Of a stretch of 49,067 nucleotides of DNA, positions 1 through 11,392 are shown one piece after another (within the stretch, counting starts at the first letter, position 1; the number at the start of each line of letters is the position of its first letter). The DNA is taken from NCBI RefSeq assembly GCF_001194135.2, contig NC_068987.1, positions 62,039,757-62,088,823 of the forward strand, read 5' to 3'. The DNA comes from Octopus bimaculoides. Taxonomy: Eukaryota. The notes beneath the pieces were generated by a model that saw nothing but the letters and a program-made list of their open reading frames with translations, had not been told where the DNA came from and searched no databases. Position numbers and translations under genes: made by a program.

Positions 1-214
1 GAGCGTGGCCGTTTTCGTGCGGGTGACACGTAAAAGCACCCACTACACTCTCTGAGTGGTTGGCGTTAGGAAGGGCATCCAGCTGTAGAAACTCTGCCAA
101 ATCAGACTGGAGCCTGGTGTTGCCATCCGGTTTCACCAGTCCTCAGTCAAATCGTCCAACCCATGCTAGCATGGAAAGCGGACGTTAAACGATGATGATG
201 ATGATGATGATGAT
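1..214 (+). mobile_element. 3' part of a (GAT)n-tailed retroposon (RTE-type tail; SINE or 5'-truncated LINE), cut by the window start
   Basis: Ends ...CCCATGCTAGCATGGAAAGCGGACGTTAAAC(GAT)8. Identical to 6563-6776 and diverged from 10941-11158. The RTE association of the tail is inference. Confidence 0.8.
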
Positions 215-917
215 ATATATACACACAGTCATATCTGGAGATGGTCATTTTCTTTTCTTTTTTTTTGCCAATAAACACGCGCACTATTTATTTGATCTTC
301 ACTTTAGCTTTATCAGAGTTTTTTGGTCACACATTCTGTGACCTCTTCGGTGACTTTCTGTCCTTCGTGTTTCTACTCCAGTCTGGTCTTGTCCCGTCTA
401 TCTCATTTTGTCTTTCTATAGTATGTAAACCTATATGTGCATGCATTTACATCTGTGCATGTGTGTGTCTATGTCTTAGGTATGTGTATGTGTGTATATA
501 AGTTTGTATATTACACTGTTTGTATCTGTATCATTATTTATTTTTCTTTTATTCTGTCCATAGTTGTTCGGTTGCAGAATGTGGTGGTGGTGGTAGTGGG
601 GTTATTACTCCATTCACATTTTCTGTTCAGGCTTGGTCTATTTCCTATTATGTGTGTCGTCTCTGTAATCTGTCTAAGAATTGTGTCTGTTCTATGTATC
701 AGTAAGATCCTAACATCTATGTTATCTACCAAACCCACCATACTCAAGTTTAGCATGTTGGTATAGCACTGATAAGCTTGAGCTTTTCTCCTCTGTGAGT
801 TCCCACTAATGTTCACTTATCCTCTCACCTATGCTATGGGCTGTTCCTCCAGAATATGTCATTGTCCTGCTTCTGCACCATGGACGATTTGACTGAGGAC
901 TGGGATGCACTGAGGCA

Positions 918-1650
918 TTGATATGCAGCTGCCAGGAACCAACCCTGAGAACTAATTACACCAAGTTCTCAATAGATAAGAGCAGCGAATCACCCCTTTG
1001 TAGGATGTGCGGTTGCAAAAATGAAACAATCTCATATATTGTGAGTTTGTGTAGCAAACTGGTTCAAAAGGAATACAAAAGAAGGCATAATAACATAGAT
1101 AAGTTTGTTCACTGGAGATTATATGAGAAGTATAGTCTTGAAGGAACACAGGGCATCACTGAGAATAATGAGTATAAGATGTTATGGAATTTTACAATCC
1201 AGTGTGACTCAGTAATTGATGCTTGGAGGTCAGACATTATTGTAGTGAATAAAAGGAACCCAAGATCATAGATAATGCCATACCTGGGGCTGCATGAGTG
1301 GGTGATAAAGAGCTGAAAAATATTGAAAAGTTCAAGGTACTAAAAGATGAAATTACACAAATGTGGGTAATGAAAAGAGTTACTGTCATTACAGTAGTTG
1401 TAGAGGCACTGGGAGCACTAACCACCAAGTCTGAGAAATATGTTAGAGAAACCGGGCTTGACCTGAGGGTAGAACATGCTCAGGAAACTGCTTTATTAGG
1501 GACAGTGAGGATCTTGAAATTGGTGATTGGGTGTTATGTATTGTGGAAAGAGACCCTGTGAGATCTTTGACATGTACAGCTCTGCTCTTACAGAATTAAC
1601 GAGAGCAAATGAAATTGAGAGCTCTGAGAAGAGAAATGGAAATAATAATT
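918..1650 (+). pseudogene. Decayed C-terminus of an RLE-type non-LTR retrotransposon ORF (R4/Dong-like)
   Basis: Translation gives QEPTLRTNYTKFSIDK..PLCRMCGCKNETISYIVSLCSKLVQKEYKRRHN (CCHC knuckle + RHN), LWNFTIQCD..DAWRSDIIVV (decayed PD..D nuclease motif) and, after a frameshift, ELKNIEKFKVL..VITVVVEALG..QETALLGTVRIL. A short AATAATAAT tail lies near 1641-1649. Confidence 0.85.
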
Positions 1651-2394
1651 AGAAGAAAGAGGAGGAGGATATATGTATCTAAGGAAAAATTTAACTTCAA
1701 AATTTTATAGTATTGAAAAGTGCCTCAAAGTTAGTAGCTGAAGAATATAAGGAGTATAATTGTAATCATACTCATTTTGATTATTACCGTTGTAAACAAA
1801 TTTCATCATTGTCATATAGAAAATTAAATTGTTCTCTATTTCATCATTTTCGCATAAACCCATTAATACAGCTAAAACTATTTGCATTGTGTGAACTGGC
1901 AGATTTAATATAGAACACACACAAAAAAGAAAAAATAACAAGTCACATTTAATCTTTGATTCGTTGTGTGTAATCCAAATCATAGTGACAAGATTAATTT
2001 TTTTAGCTTCTTAAATAGTAGCCAACAGCTTTGCAACGTGATAGTTTGTTTACTAAATAAATAAAAGAAATTAGCCAATTCGATTGATGCATTAAGGAGA
2101 ACATTTGCCCTGGATAGCTACCAGTGCTCACATGTATTGTATGTTTGTTTGTTTAGACCCAAGTCAAACCAGGTCAAGTTTATCCATGATCAAAGGTATC
2201 TGAGCCATCACCATGCCATATTTCCTACCTCAAGCAGAGAATATATCAAACTATATAATCCAACATGTCCTTCTGTTTAACCTTTAAGACATTGCATTTT
2301 CTCTGCAATTGTTTCCTCCCTGCCACTGCCCAGCCACTACAGGACAGAAAACTCATATGATGACTTGATGCACCTACAGTGTGCTAAAGGTTAA

Positions 2395-2912
2395 GGTGGT
2401 AGAAGGCATGGTTGTGTGGTAAGAAGCTTGCTTACCAACCACATGGTCCTGGGTTCAGTCCCACTGCATGCACTTTGGACAAGTGTCTTCCACTGTAATC
2501 TTGGGCTAACCAAAGCCTTTTGTGTGAATTTGATTGACAGAAACTGAAAGGAGCCTATCATACAAATGTGTGTGTGTGTGTGTGTGTTAGAGAGAGAGAG
2601 AGAGAGGTAGTGTGTGTATGAGAAAGAGAGAGATAGTGTGTGTGTGTGTGAGAGAGAGAGGGGGGTAGTGTGGGGGGGGGCGGTTTACTTGTGTTTCCTT
2701 GTTTTGACATTACATGATAGTTGTAAATGAGTGTCAGTCATACAAGCAATGTTATTTATTTCCAATATTCTGCAAGAATGTCTGGCCATGGACACATATT
2801 ACTTTGCTTGGAAACAGATGAAGGCTGGGTGTAGAAAAATCTGCCTCAAATGAACTATATTTGGCCCATGCAATCATGAACAAGCAGATGTTAAATGATG
2901 ATGATGATAATG
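2395..2912 (+). mobile_element. tRNA-headed SINE (family B here) with a (GAT)n-type tail
   Basis: A-box-like TGGTTGTGTGG, B-box-like GGTTCAGTCCC, CORE-like CTTTGGACAAGTGTCTT, internal (GT)n/(GA)n, and tail ...GATGTTAAATGATGATGATGAT. Confidence 0.75.
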
Positions 2913-3012
2913 AATGTGATTTGAGGGAGATTTTGTTGCTATTTGTAACAGATCAAATGGCCACGTAGAAGCTCTAAGATTTAGCATCTTGACTTATAAT
3001 TATCACTGGAGA

Positions 3013-3657
3013 TCTTTTCTTTTATCTTTTACTTGTTTCAATCATTTGACTAAGACCATGCTGGGGATTGCTTTTTTTTTTCTGCTCTAGGCACAAGGCC
3101 TGAAATTTTGGGGGAAAGGGCTAGTCGATTAGATTGACCCCAGTACACAACTAGTACTTAACTTATCGACCCCGAAAGGTTGAAAGGCAAAGTCGACCTC
3201 GGCAGAATTTGAAATCAGGACATAAAGACAGACGAAATACCACTAAGCATTTCACCTGGAGTGCTAATGTTTCTGCCAGGTCACGCTGGGGCACCACCTT
3301 CTAGAATCTTTAGTCGAATGTATTAACCCCAGTACTTATTTTTCTAAAGCCTGGTACTTATTCTATTGGTCTCTTTTACTGAACCACTAAGTTTCACGGA
3401 CATAAACACCTCAGCACCAGTTGTCAAGAGTGGGAGAACAAGCACAGATGCAAAGACACACACACACGCACACACACACGCACACACACACACACACACA
3501 CACGCGTATACAATGGGCTTCTTTCAGTTTCTGTCTACCAAATCCACTCGCAAGGCTTTGGTCGGCCTGATGCCATAGTAGAAGACACTTGCTCGAGGTG
3601 CCATGCAGTGCGAATGAATCCCGAACCATGTGGTTGGGAAGTAAGCTTCTTGCACCA
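3013..3657 (-). mobile_element. Family-B SINE interrupted by a nested family-A SINE
   Basis: Colinear with the intact copy at 9704-10112 once 3067-3284 is removed. Confidence 0.8.
3067..3284 (-). mobile_element. tRNA-headed SINE (family A here), nested
   Basis: Reverse complement of the 12180-type element, with an A-rich tail. GCTGGGG is duplicated at 3060-3066 and 3285-3291. Confidence 0.8.
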
Positions 3658-3974
3658 GTTATTTTTTTTTATCTTGAATTAATTAGTTTATTTTGTAATC
3701 TACAAACATTTTTTAAATGTTCCAACATCACCACCATCCTCCTCCTCCTCCTCATCATCATTGGTAGTCACACTTGGCTGAGTCAGAAGCTAGATTATTT
3801 AACTTTTGCTCCCCCCCCCCTATTAACAGTATCACTATGTGTCCTTCACATAAGCACTAATAATTGATTTGTTAGATCATTACTCTAAACTTAAATGAGT
3901 TTATGAACTGAGGATGTCATTAAATCAGCCATATCATAACTACTGTATTTATTGATTACAGGTATATATATTTA

Positions 3975-4386
3975 GGTGCAGGTATGACTGTGAGGCACAA
4001 AGCTTGCTCCCCAACCACATGGTTCTGGTTTCAGTCCCATTGTTAAGCACCTTGGGCAAGTGTCTTCTACTATAGCCTTGGGCCAACCAAAACCTTGTGA
4101 TTGGATTTGGTAGATGGAAACTGAAAGAAGCTTGTTGTATGTGTGTGTATGTCTGTGCACGTGTCATCTTTGTATTTGTGTTTGTCCCCCACCACTGCTT
4201 GACAACCAGCGTTGGTGTGTTTATGTTCAAGTAACTTAGTGATTTTAGCAAAAAAGCCTGATAGAATAAGAACCAGGCATTAAAAAAAAATAAGTACTGA
4301 AGTCAATTCATTTGATTCAAACTTCTTCAAGGCAGTGCCCCAACATGGCCACAGTCTAATGACTGAAATAATTGAAAGATGAAAGA
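3975..4386 (+). mobile_element. Family-B SINE
   Basis: AGGTGCAGGTATGACTGTGAGG head, GGTTTCAGTCCC B-box variant, GCACCTTGGGCAAGTGTCTT core, and 3' ATGACTGAAATAATTGAAAG tail. Confidence 0.8.
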
Positions 4387-4969
4387 TATTTTGCCAGATT
4401 TTTAAATCTAGAATCTAGAGGTGGGCATGAGGCTCAAGAATTAAATCTTTAAAATCTTAGCTAGTGCTATTCATTTCCTTAGAAATTATATAGAAACTCC
4501 TAAGAGAGTAGTTTAAAATGTCTTCTCAGTTTCTAATAATTCAAAATGTTGTTCCAGTTAATCAACATTGATTGTTTTTTTTTTTAATTCTTAAATTAAG
4601 TTTTCATTTTTTAATTAAAATGAATTGAGTCTCAGCATCTAAATAAACATGACCTCTAAATTTTTTTCTTGTACAAAACTATGAAAAGAGGGAGAGATGG
4701 AGAGATGATGGTGGGGAGGAAATTAGCAAGACAACGAAAGCAGTATATGTATTCATTTCAAATTGTGGAAAATCTTTTTTTTTGGCAGAATTGTAATGTT
4801 GATTTAAAATGATGTTTTTTATTTCATTTTATATAAAGCTAGCAGAGCCATCAAGTGGTGCCCAACAATTGTATCAAAGTAACATGAACTGCAAGGATGT
4901 GATTTGAAAAAGAATTGGTTGCTATTTCTGACACATCTAGCTTTCATGTAGAATCTAACTTGTTATTAG

Positions 4970-4974
<5 letters not shown>

Positions 4975-5032
<58 letters not shown>

Positions 5033-5977
5033 NNNNNNNNNNNNNNNNNNNNNNNNNNNNNNNNNNNNNNNNNNNNNNNNNNNNNNNNNNNNNNNNNNNN
5101 NNNNNNNNNNNNNNNNNNNNNNNNNNNNNNNNNNNNNNNNNNNNNNNNNNNNNNNNNNNNNNNNNNNNNNNNNNNNNNNNNNNNNNNNNNNNNNNNNNNN
5201 NNNNNNNNNNNNNNNNNNNNNNNNNNNNNNNNNNNNNNNNNNNNNNNNNNNNNNNNNNNNNNNNNNNNNNNNNNNNNNNNNNNNNNNNNNNNNNNNNNNN
5301 NNNNNNNNNNNNNNNNNNNNNNNNNNNNNNNNNNNNNNNNNNNNNNNNNNNNNNNNNNNNNNNNNNNNNNNNNNNNNNNNNNNNNNNNNNNNNNNNNNNN
5401 NNNNNNNNNNNNNNNNNNNNNNNNNNNNNNNNNNNNNNNNNNNNNNNNNNNNNNNNNNNNNNNNNNNNNNNNNNNNNNNNNNNNNNNNNNNNNNNNNNNN
5501 NNNNNNNNNNNNNNNNNNNNNNNNNNNNNNNNNNNNNNNNNNNNNNNNNNNNNNNNNNNNNNNNNNNNNNNNNNNNNNNNNNNNNNNNNNNNNNNNNNNN
5601 NNNNNNNNNNNNNNNNNNNNNNNNNNNNNNNNNNNNNNNNNNNNNNNNNNNNNNNNNNNNNNNNNNNNNNNNNNNNNNNNNNNNNNNNNNNNNNNNNNNN
5701 NNNNNNNNNNNNNNNNNNNNNNNNNNNNNNNNNNNNNNNNNNNNNNNNNNNNNNNNNNNNNNNNNNNNNNNNNNNNNNNNNNNNNNNNNNNNNNNNNNNN
5801 NNNNNNNNNNNNNNNNNNNNNNNNNNNNNNNNNNNNNNNNNNNNNNNNNNNNNNNNNNNNNNNNNNNNNNNNNNNNNNNNNNNNNNNNNNNNNNNNNNNN
5901 NNNNNNNNNNNNNNNNNNNNNNNNNNNNNNNNNNNNNNNNNNNNNNNNNNNNNNNNNNNNNNNNNNNNNNNNNNNNN

Positions 5978-6044
<67 letters not shown>

Positions 6045-6130
6045 AGATACATAGATAGATAGATAGATTGATAGATAGATACATACATACATACATACAT
6101 GCATACTTACATACATACGTATATACATAT
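4975..6130. repeat. Compound microsatellite (GT)n / gap / (TA)n(GA)n(GATA)n(CATA)n
   Basis: Directly visible; N-run at 5033-5977. Confidence 0.9.
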
Positions 6131-6478
6131 GTTCATATATATGCATACAGAAATACATATATACATGCACAAAGCAACTGGGACTTAAGTGATTTAAGAG
6201 AAGTTTGGCAGTTATTTCTTAAATGTGTCGCTACTATGCAGATGCCTTGTTGGTTGATATATGCACACATACACAAACATATAGACATATGTTTTTTACA
6301 GCAAATCCAGTGTTCAAATCCAGCAAGTGATGTTATGACATTTTTCATACCAATATTTACATGCTATAGTTTTATGTGATATGCCTCGAGAGTGAATGCT
6401 CCAAAAAAGAATTATTTCACTTTCTGTTGAAAGTTTATAAAATGATTCTTATGACATCAATAATATATATATATATAT

Positions 6479-6776
6479 TGGCTCCTGTAGGATTTTCGAG
6501 CGAGATCGTTGCCAGTGCCCCTGGACTGGCTTGTGCGGGTGGCACATAAAAGACACCATTTCGAGCGTGGCCGTTTTCGTGCGGGTGACACGTAAAAGCA
6601 CCCACTACACTCTCTGAGTGGTTGGCGTTAGGAAGGGCATCCAGCTGTAGAAACTCTGCCAAATCAGACTGGAGCCTGGTGTTGCCATCCGGTTTCACCA
6701 GTCCTCAGTCAAATCGTCCAACCCATGCTAGCATGGAAAGCGGACGTTAAACGATGATGATGATGATGATGATGAT
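6479..6776 (+). mobile_element. Young (GAT)n-tailed retroposon copy next to (TA)n
   Basis: CpGs are intact. Internal tandem motif GTGCGGGTG(G/A)CAC(A/G)TAAAAG occurs twice. Tail is (GAT)8. An older tail remnant follows at about 6797-6850. Confidence 0.85.
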
Positions 6777-7087
6777 GTATATAATAATGATGATGATGTG
6801 TCCAACCCATGCCAGCACGGAAAAGGGACGTTAAGTAATGATGATGATCATCATACATACCTACATACATACATATACATCTGCCAGCCTATATCTACCC
6901 ATACACAGTCCCTATCTCTACCATAATCTACTTTTTTTCCTACTCCATCATGTTGCTTGAGTAACAAGAGATTACTCTATTAATGTAACACCCCATATTT
7001 TACCCCTGTCTTTCAGGTCACGTCTGTATTGACATCAATCACTCTCTTACCTGCTTTTAGCTTCTATCATACACATGCACATATGCA

Positions 7088-7118
<31 letters not shown>

Positions 7119-7334
7119 CAACATTTTGTATATCTCTCATCTCATGCTACTCACTGTCATTCTCTTAGCAGCATCGAGTGGTTCCCATTCATTGTGATGC
7201 TTAAGTATTATGAGATTCTGTCAGATATATTGACATCTGACACCCACCAGCTCTCTATATTTTCCACTGTTATTTGTACCACTGTTTGTCACTATGCCTA
7301 GATGACAAGAGATTACATCAGATTTGATACCCCC

Positions 7335-7378
<44 letters not shown>

Positions 7379-7814
7379 CTTCACTCTCTCACCCTTAAAC
7401 ATCCATAAGTTTTCTTTCCTTTGCAATATTGACCACTCGTTACTCATACCCCTTCTTAAATTTTAACTTTATCCTTCTATATTCCTAGCCTTAACGTCTT
7501 CTTCAGGTTACTCACTATTGGCTTCTATCACACTTCATTCCATTTTGCAGCTAACCATTACTCATTCTCTCCCATTACTTCCTACCATTACATTCTACAT
7601 ACACTGTACCAATACCATTACTGTCTCTTTGGACAACTTCACACCTTTCCCTTTCTTCTCTTCTATCTGTCACCCCAATCATCAAGTTTTGTTCTTCATA
7701 TGCTTTCTTCTTTCCCCCTTCTTATGAAACCTCTCTTCTACCTACTCTGTTAGTTACATTGTCTTGTATGAACAGAGACAATATAGAACAATGATAATTT
7801 CTTTTGTTTTCCAG

Positions 7815-7970
7815 GGTGCAAAGAAACAGCATTANNNNNNNNNNNNNNNNNNNNNNNNNNNNNNNNNNNNNNNNNNNNNNNNNNNNNNNNNNNNNNNNNN
7901 NNNNNNNNNNNNNNNNNNNNNNNNNNNNNNNNNNNNNNNNNNNNNNNNNNNATACTTTGTAAAGAGGTTG
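7815..7970 (+). CDS. Candidate coding exon spanning an assembly gap, product unknown
   Basis: Acceptor TTTCTTTTGTTTTCCAG| and donor TTG|GTAAAC. Phase-1 frame reads (G)CKETAL-[117 N]-ILCKEV and stays in frame if the gap size is correct. Confidence 0.25.
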
Positions 7971-8039
7971 GTAAACAGGTGGAGACAATGAAGAGTCAAG
8001 GGGATTCTTTGCCTTGTTCAAGACTTGGCAGCCTCTCTT

Positions 8040-8700
8040 GATCATCATCATGAACATCATTCCCTACCAAGTAAAAATTTTGTGTCAGATACAGTGACAA
8101 GATACCACATATCTTGTTCCATTCATCTAAGACCAGAATTTAGCTGCAGTGTTGGTGCCAGTTTCCTCCATTAGGATTTAGCCATAGTTTTGAAAAAAAG
8201 AACACTCATAGTTCATCCTCCCATTGGTCAATTCCTAGGTCATCACTTAACTGAGTTTACTCAGCACAATCAACAACATCTGAGAGGTTCACCTGCCATC
8301 TTTCTACACTCAGCTGAAGATTGTATAAGAGTATCTGAGTGCAGTGACCAATGAGGGATTTAGCTGTGGTCCTAGCAAGGGTTTAACTTTCACACCAGTA
8401 AAGGAGGATTGCGTCAATGGTAGATGAGAAGATTCTCTTCTTGAGTTGTCTGAAGAAGTTGGATATCAAGGATTTCTCAAATCATTGGACACTTTCTAGG
8501 CAAGACCTCTATGCACTTTGATGTTCTTCACTGAATATGCCATGAATTATTTGAGGCTTTAGAAGCTTACTTCAACAAGGCTCCTTCAATGATCTTTAGT
8601 GACATTTGGTCAGTTACATTGAAGACCATATTGTCCATCTTCCTGATATGTGTAGCTTAACTTTATTGCACTTGGATTCTACACCTTTTTTAATGTTATT
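8040..8700 (-). mobile_element. Highly decayed RTE-like LINE 3' end
   Basis: Minus-strand fragments RKMAGEP / SDVVDCAE*TQLSDDLGIDQWEDEL / WRKL resemble the RTE ORF terminus (RGRP..W.D.V..DL..LG...W....DR..WR). A GATGATGAT tail lies at about 8040-8050. Confidence 0.4.
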
Positions 8701-8889
8701 GTCTGCAGAATTCCCTGCTATAGCCATTTCACTTACATTTTTAATACCCTTTAGGTGATATGAATATCATACATTCACATTTAAAGCCTCTCTCCTTAAT
8801 TCTCAAAACTCCTTCCTGTGCTACCTTTCAGTATTTACATTGAGAAACAAGTTCCTGTTTCAAACATGAGAAATATATTCTCCAGGTAG

Positions 8890-9109
8890 CTCTTTAGTGT
8901 TCAGATTAATTTGTCAAAAGTAATCCTTATTTATTCACATTTAAAAAAATTTATCTGATATCATTTTGTAGCTTCAAGATAGGAAAGATGTAATTGCTTA
9001 TTTTTAGAATGACATTGCATGGTAGGTGTGAGAGGCTGGTTCTGGCCAGTTTGAGCATAAAATGTGTTGAATATTTGGGCCGGATACAGCCGGTTTAAAC
9101 ACTAAAGGG
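8890..9109 (-). mobile_element. piggyBac-type MITE (family shared with 36481, 38070, 39372)
   Basis: Ends ...CCGGTTTAAACACTAAAGGG|TTAA. The interior is the reverse complement of the 36481-36702 copy. The left end is decayed. Confidence 0.7.
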
Positions 9110-9703
9110 TTAAACCATTGAAAGTGATGTATAAATGTAGCTCAGGAATTTAGTTTCTTGCAGTCAGTTTTCAATACAACAGATATGTGTCAGTGCCAAA
9201 ATAGATTAGAGATAACATGGCTGTTTTGAAAAACATGGAGAAAGCAAAACCTATTATTACACAGGTCTACAACAATTTTACTTTTTTTGAAAATGAAGGC
9301 TGTTTTAGTCTACTTTTGGTGGTGTAGATTCCAAGTGTAATATCAGTCTTCATTTAACATCTCAGTTTTTATCACTAAACATGACAAGCCAAAAATATGA
9401 AATCACTCATTTTTTGCATTTTGGGAAAAATACTGATGGTATTAATTCATCATTTCAAACCATTCTAGTCATGGTACTACTGAACTACTATCAATACTTT
9501 TTTTATTTAAAGAGAAAAATTAAATTTTTAGAAATCCTGTACACCAGTCTTGTGTTATAGAAAAAGAATCAGAGAACAAGACTGCAAAGTAATAGGCTCT
9601 TAACAATGGTTTTAAATTTTGGCACAAGGCCAGCAATTTTTAGGGGAAGGGTTAGTCAATTATATTGACTCCAGTATTTTACTGGTACTTTATTTTATTG
9701 ATC

Positions 9704-10112
9704 TCTCTTTACTCTTTTACTTGTTTCAGTCATTTGACTGTGGCCATGCTGGAGCACCGCCTTTAGTTGAGTAAATCAACCCCAGGACTTATTCTTTTGT
9801 AAGCCTAGTACTTATTCTATTGGTCTCTTTTTGCCGGACTGCTAAGTTACGTGGACATAAACACACCAGCATCGGTTGTCAAGCGATGGTGAGGGGACAA
9901 ACAAAGACACACAAACATATACACACACATACATATATATACATATATATACGATGGGCTTCTTTCAGTTTCCGTTTACCAAATCCACTCAAGGCTTTGG
10001 TCGGCCCGAGGCTATAGTAGAAGAAACTTGCCCAAGGTGCCACGCAGTGGGACTGAACCCGGAACCATGTGGTTGGTAAGCAAGCTACTTACCACACAGC
10101 CACTCCTGCGCC
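9704..10112 (-). mobile_element. Near-intact family-B tRNA-headed SINE
   Basis: On the minus strand: GGCGCAGGAG head, A box TGGCTGTGTGG (10092-10102), B box GGTTCAGTCCC (10049-10059), GCACCTTGGGCAAG core, internal TA/CA tract, and tail CAGTCAAATGACTGAAACAAGTAAAAGAGTAAAG. Confidence 0.9.
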
Positions 10113-10117
10113 AATCT

Positions 10118-10243
10118 AAACAGGATGAAAGGCATAATTGACCTGGATGATATCTCAACTCAGAACATAAAGCTGGAAGAAATGCCACTAAGCATTTTCT
10201 GTGGCATGGTAACTCTTCTGCCACCTCACCGCCTTAATAGACT
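10118..10243 (-). mobile_element. 5' half of a family-A SINE
   Basis: Minus strand reads TAGTCTATTAAGGCGGTGAGGTGGCAGAAG...TGCTTAGTGGCATTT...TTCTGAGTTGAG. Confidence 0.7.
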
Positions 10244-10708
10244 AATAATAATAATGAGAGATATCTACACCACCATAAAGTATTCAGAACAGAATAGTAC
10301 ATGAAAATGTTTTCTAGATTAATTCCCTAAAACAAAGAAAGAGTCTGATATTGATTCTTACCAGAGAGAAAGTATCTGCTGACAGTTTGTAGCTGAGAAG
10401 AGTTTTACAGCTAATCATTTTTTAATTTTTTTTATAAGGAATAATCTTAGAAACCTATACTTCTGTACCAATTGGCCACAAACCAGAGAAGCTGAAATAT
10501 CAACATAATTGGTTAACATGTGGAAATTTTAAAGTGAATTATGTGCTACATGGCCAACAAAGCAGTTACATTAGATTTCCATGCTTTTTCTTTTCTTTTT
10601 TTTTGTGGGGGGGTTTGGGTTGCATAGATGTATGGATATGTTTATGGAGCACTTAAGTGGTACTTATTTTCAAACATAAAGACACAAATGCATATACACA
10701 CATATATA

Positions 10709-11154
10709 TTTTATCCCTTACTTGTTTCAGTCATTAGACTACGGCAATGCTGGGGCACTACCTTGAAGAATTTTTTTTTTCAGTCAAATGGATTAACCCA
10801 AGCACTTACATTTTCTCTTTTCAGCTTGGTACTTATTCTATCAGTGTCTTTTGCCAAATGCTAAGTCACAGGGACGTAAATACACCAACACCGGTTGTCA
10901 AGCAGTAGCGGGGGACAAACACACACACATGCACACACATGGCCGTTGCCAGTACCACCTGACTAGCCTTCGTGCCGGTGGCACGTAAAAGCACCCACTA
11001 CACTCTCGGAGTGGTTGACGTTAGGAAGGGCATCCCGCTGTAGAAACTCTGCCAAATCAGATTGGAGCCTGTTATAGCCACCTGGTTCACCAGTCCTCAG
11101 TCAAATCGTCCAACCCATGCTAGCATGGAAAGCGGACGTTAATGATGATGATGA

Positions 11155-11225
<71 letters not shown>

Positions 11226-11392
11226 CACAACAGGCTTCTTTCAGTTTCCATCTACTAAATCAACACTCACAAGACTTTGGTCAGCCCGAGGCTATAGTAG
11301 AAGACACTTGTCCGAGATGCCATACAGAAGGACTGAACCCAGAACCAAGTGATTGGGAAGCAAGCTTCTTACCACACAGTCATGCCTGTGCC
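10709..11392 (-). mobile_element. Family-B SINE split at its internal microsatellite
   Basis: 10709-10940 and 11228-11392 are the two halves of the 9704-type element. Confidence 0.75.
10941..11158 (+). mobile_element. (GAT)n-tailed retroposon nested in a SINE
   Basis: Diverged copy of 6563-6776, ending GCGGACGTTAAT(GAT)n and followed by (TA)n. Confidence 0.8.

Noticed and set aside
241-816. Several overlapping hydrophobic ORFs
   Set aside because: T-rich low-complexity sequence naturally lacks stops; no splice signals or recognisable motif.
4915-6170. Long ORFs in the supplied track (also near 29.0, 30.3-31.5, 41.6 and 43.5-45.3 kb)
   Set aside because: They are made of N-runs and dinucleotide repeats (VCVC, YIYI, THTH); no coding evidence.
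6302-6330. NPVFKS after a good acceptor, reminiscent of an integrin-beta NPxY/F tail
   Set aside because: Only about 9 codons precede the stop, and the upstream conserved tail context is absent.
10049-10112. Possible tRNA genes (A/B boxes)
   Set aside because: The boxes belong to SINE heads followed by core and tail modules; no cloverleaf or acceptor stem.
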